DNA of 64,000 bases from the NCBI GenBank assembly GCA_963662405.2, contig CAXXKT010000001.1, positions 1,408,001-1,472,000 of the forward strand, in the 5' to 3' direction. Below the pieces are notes generated by a model. That model was not told where the DNA came from and searched no databases. It saw only the letters and a list, made by a program, of their open reading frames with translations. Source of the stretch: Syntrophales bacterium. GTDB taxonomy: Bacteria; Desulfobacterota; Syntrophia; Syntrophales; UBA2210. The first letter of the stretch is position 1, and every line of letters begins with the position of its first letter. The translations under genes and the position numbers were made by a program. Of this stretch, positions 62,604 through 64,000 are shown piece by piece.

Positions 62604-64000
62604 TTACGGATTTGTGTCTCCGGTATCTCCTTTGTCACCTCCGCATATCTTGATGCTGTATTTATTTATCAGTTTATAGAAATTTGTTCGTTGCATGCCT
62701 ACGGCACTGGCGGCACGGCTGACGTTCCATTTATGGGCGGTGAGCGCGTTGATGACGAATTCTTTTTCCAACTCGACGATGGCTTGATCGCGGAGCTGTT
62801 TCTTCAGGCGTTTCAGGTCATTCACATCTTCAGGCTTCGCGATTTCCGAATGAAGCCCGGATATCCCGTCAGGAAGATCATGTAACTGGATTTCCGGATC
62901 ATCTGCGTGAATAAGGGCTCTCTCCACGGTATTTTCCAGTTCGCGGACATTTCCCGGCCATCCATAAGCGAGGATGCATTTCATGGCCTCCTCCGAAATG
63001 CCACATCGAGAAGACGGATTTCGCTCGGCGTATTTATTGAGGAAATGATCAATCAGGAGGGGAATGTCCTCTTTCCGCTCCCTGAGAGGCGGAAGGAAGA
63101 TGGGGAATACGTAGAGACGGTAAAAGAGGTCTTCCCGAAAGGCCCCCGTCTCGACCATCTTTTTCAGATTCTTATTCGTGGCGGTCACAAGTCGTATATC
63201 CGTTGCTTTTGCCTCCGTACCACCGACGGGGGTATATTTCCGTTCCTGAATGACCCGCAGGAGCTTTCCCTGGAGGTCGAAATTCAAATCGCCGATTTCG
63301 TCCAGAAAAAGCGTACCATGGTTGGCGACCTCGAAAAAGCCCGCCTTATTTGACATCGCCCCGGTAAAGGATCCTTTTACGTGACCGAACAATTCGCTCT
63401 CCAAAAGGGAGGAGGTCAAAGAGAGACAATCCACCGTGACAAAGCGGCTGTCCTTGCGTGCACTGTTTTTATGGATGGAACGGGCCACGAGTTCCTTACC
63501 CGTTCCCGATTCACCAATGATAAGGACGGTCGTACTCGTAGCAGCCACCTTGGTGACGAGCCTGAAGATTTCCATCATGCGCGGGCTGTTGGCGATGATG
63601 TTATCAAAAATCATTTCATGGGGCAGGGCTTGATCCGAGGTGTAGGGAGCCAACATCCGCCCCTTCTCTTCGAGGGCTTTTTTAACGGTCAGGATAAGCT
63701 CCGATGGTGTGAAGGGTTTGGAGAGATAATCAAAAGCCCCGCTTTTGATGCTTTCCACCGCCGTATTGATGGAAGCGTAGCCCGTGATAACGATGGTCTG
63801 TGTTGATGGATACCGTTCTTTTATGATCTCTATGAGATCGGTTCCGCAACGTCCCGGCATCACGAGATCGACCGTTACTACGTCGAACAGTTGTTTCTCG
63901 AGTTTCGCGACGGCCTCATCGACATTCATGGCGCCTTCGACACGGTATCCTTGGCTGGTGAGGGTCCTTCGGCAGGCCTCTTGTACCACTTCTTCATCGT
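62604..64000 (-). CDS. Sigma54-dependent response regulator (NtrC/AtoC-like), 5' end outside the window
   Basis: Receiver domain (DLVMP, KPF), GESGTGKE, GSFTGA, LFLDEIG, WPGNVRELEN and Fis-type HTH. Confidence 0.95.
   Translation of the reverse strand, partial: DEEVVQEACRRTLTSQGYRVEGAMNVDEAVAKLEKQLFDVVTVDLVMPGRCGTDLIEIIKERYPSTQTIVITGYASINTAVESIKSGAFDYLSKPFTPSELILTVKKALEEKGRMLAPYTSDQALPHEMIFDNIIANSPRMMEIFRLVTKVAATSTTVLIIGESGTGKELVARSIHKNSARKDSRFVTVDCLSLTSSLLESELFGHVKGSFTGAMSNKAGFFEVANHGTLFLDEIGDLNFDLQGKLLRVIQERKYTPVGGTEAKATDIRLVTATNKNLKKMVETGAFREDLFYRLYVFPIFLPPLRERKEDIPLLIDHFLNKYAERNPSSRCGISEEAMKCILAYGWPGNVRELENTVERALIHADDPEIQLHDLPDGISGLHSEIAKPEDVNDLKRLKKQLRDQAIVELEKEFVINALTAHKWNVSRAASAVGMQRTNFYKLINKYSIKICGGDKGDTGDTNP

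Overview
This is a GC-rich chromosomal window that looks like an anaerobic deltaproteobacterium (Syntrophales-like; inferred from gene content and synteny only). Most of it is housekeeping: fusA, zapB/zapA-6S RNA-rny-ymdB-tyrS, engB, ribD, hemL/ahbB, PBP1A-tatC-tatA/B, gatCAB-mtnA and groESL. A ~16 kb block holds two tandem Hdr-Flx electron-bifurcation clusters followed by a crotonase. The accessory part (~0.4-11.4 kb) contains a deletion pseudogene, a RelE-type toxin-antitoxin pair plus a DUF4440 gene bracketed by identical 31-bp palindromic direct repeats, a tcmP-like gene stub cut at one of those repeats, and a complete IS110 (IS621-like) element. The clearest hidden signal is in the non-coding left end of this IS110. 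It encodes a two-loop bridge RNA whose four guide segments match, by eye, the element's own donor junction (ACGGTAT-CT-TGTGT) and its reconstructed insertion site (TTTTCAC-CT-ACAAC). This gives a predicted 14-nt target, GTTTCAC-CT-ACAAA. An exact 819-bp flxA duplication with a 5-bp frameshifting scar suggests gene conversion or an assembly artefact. All product calls come from motif and family recognition by eye; no searches were run.
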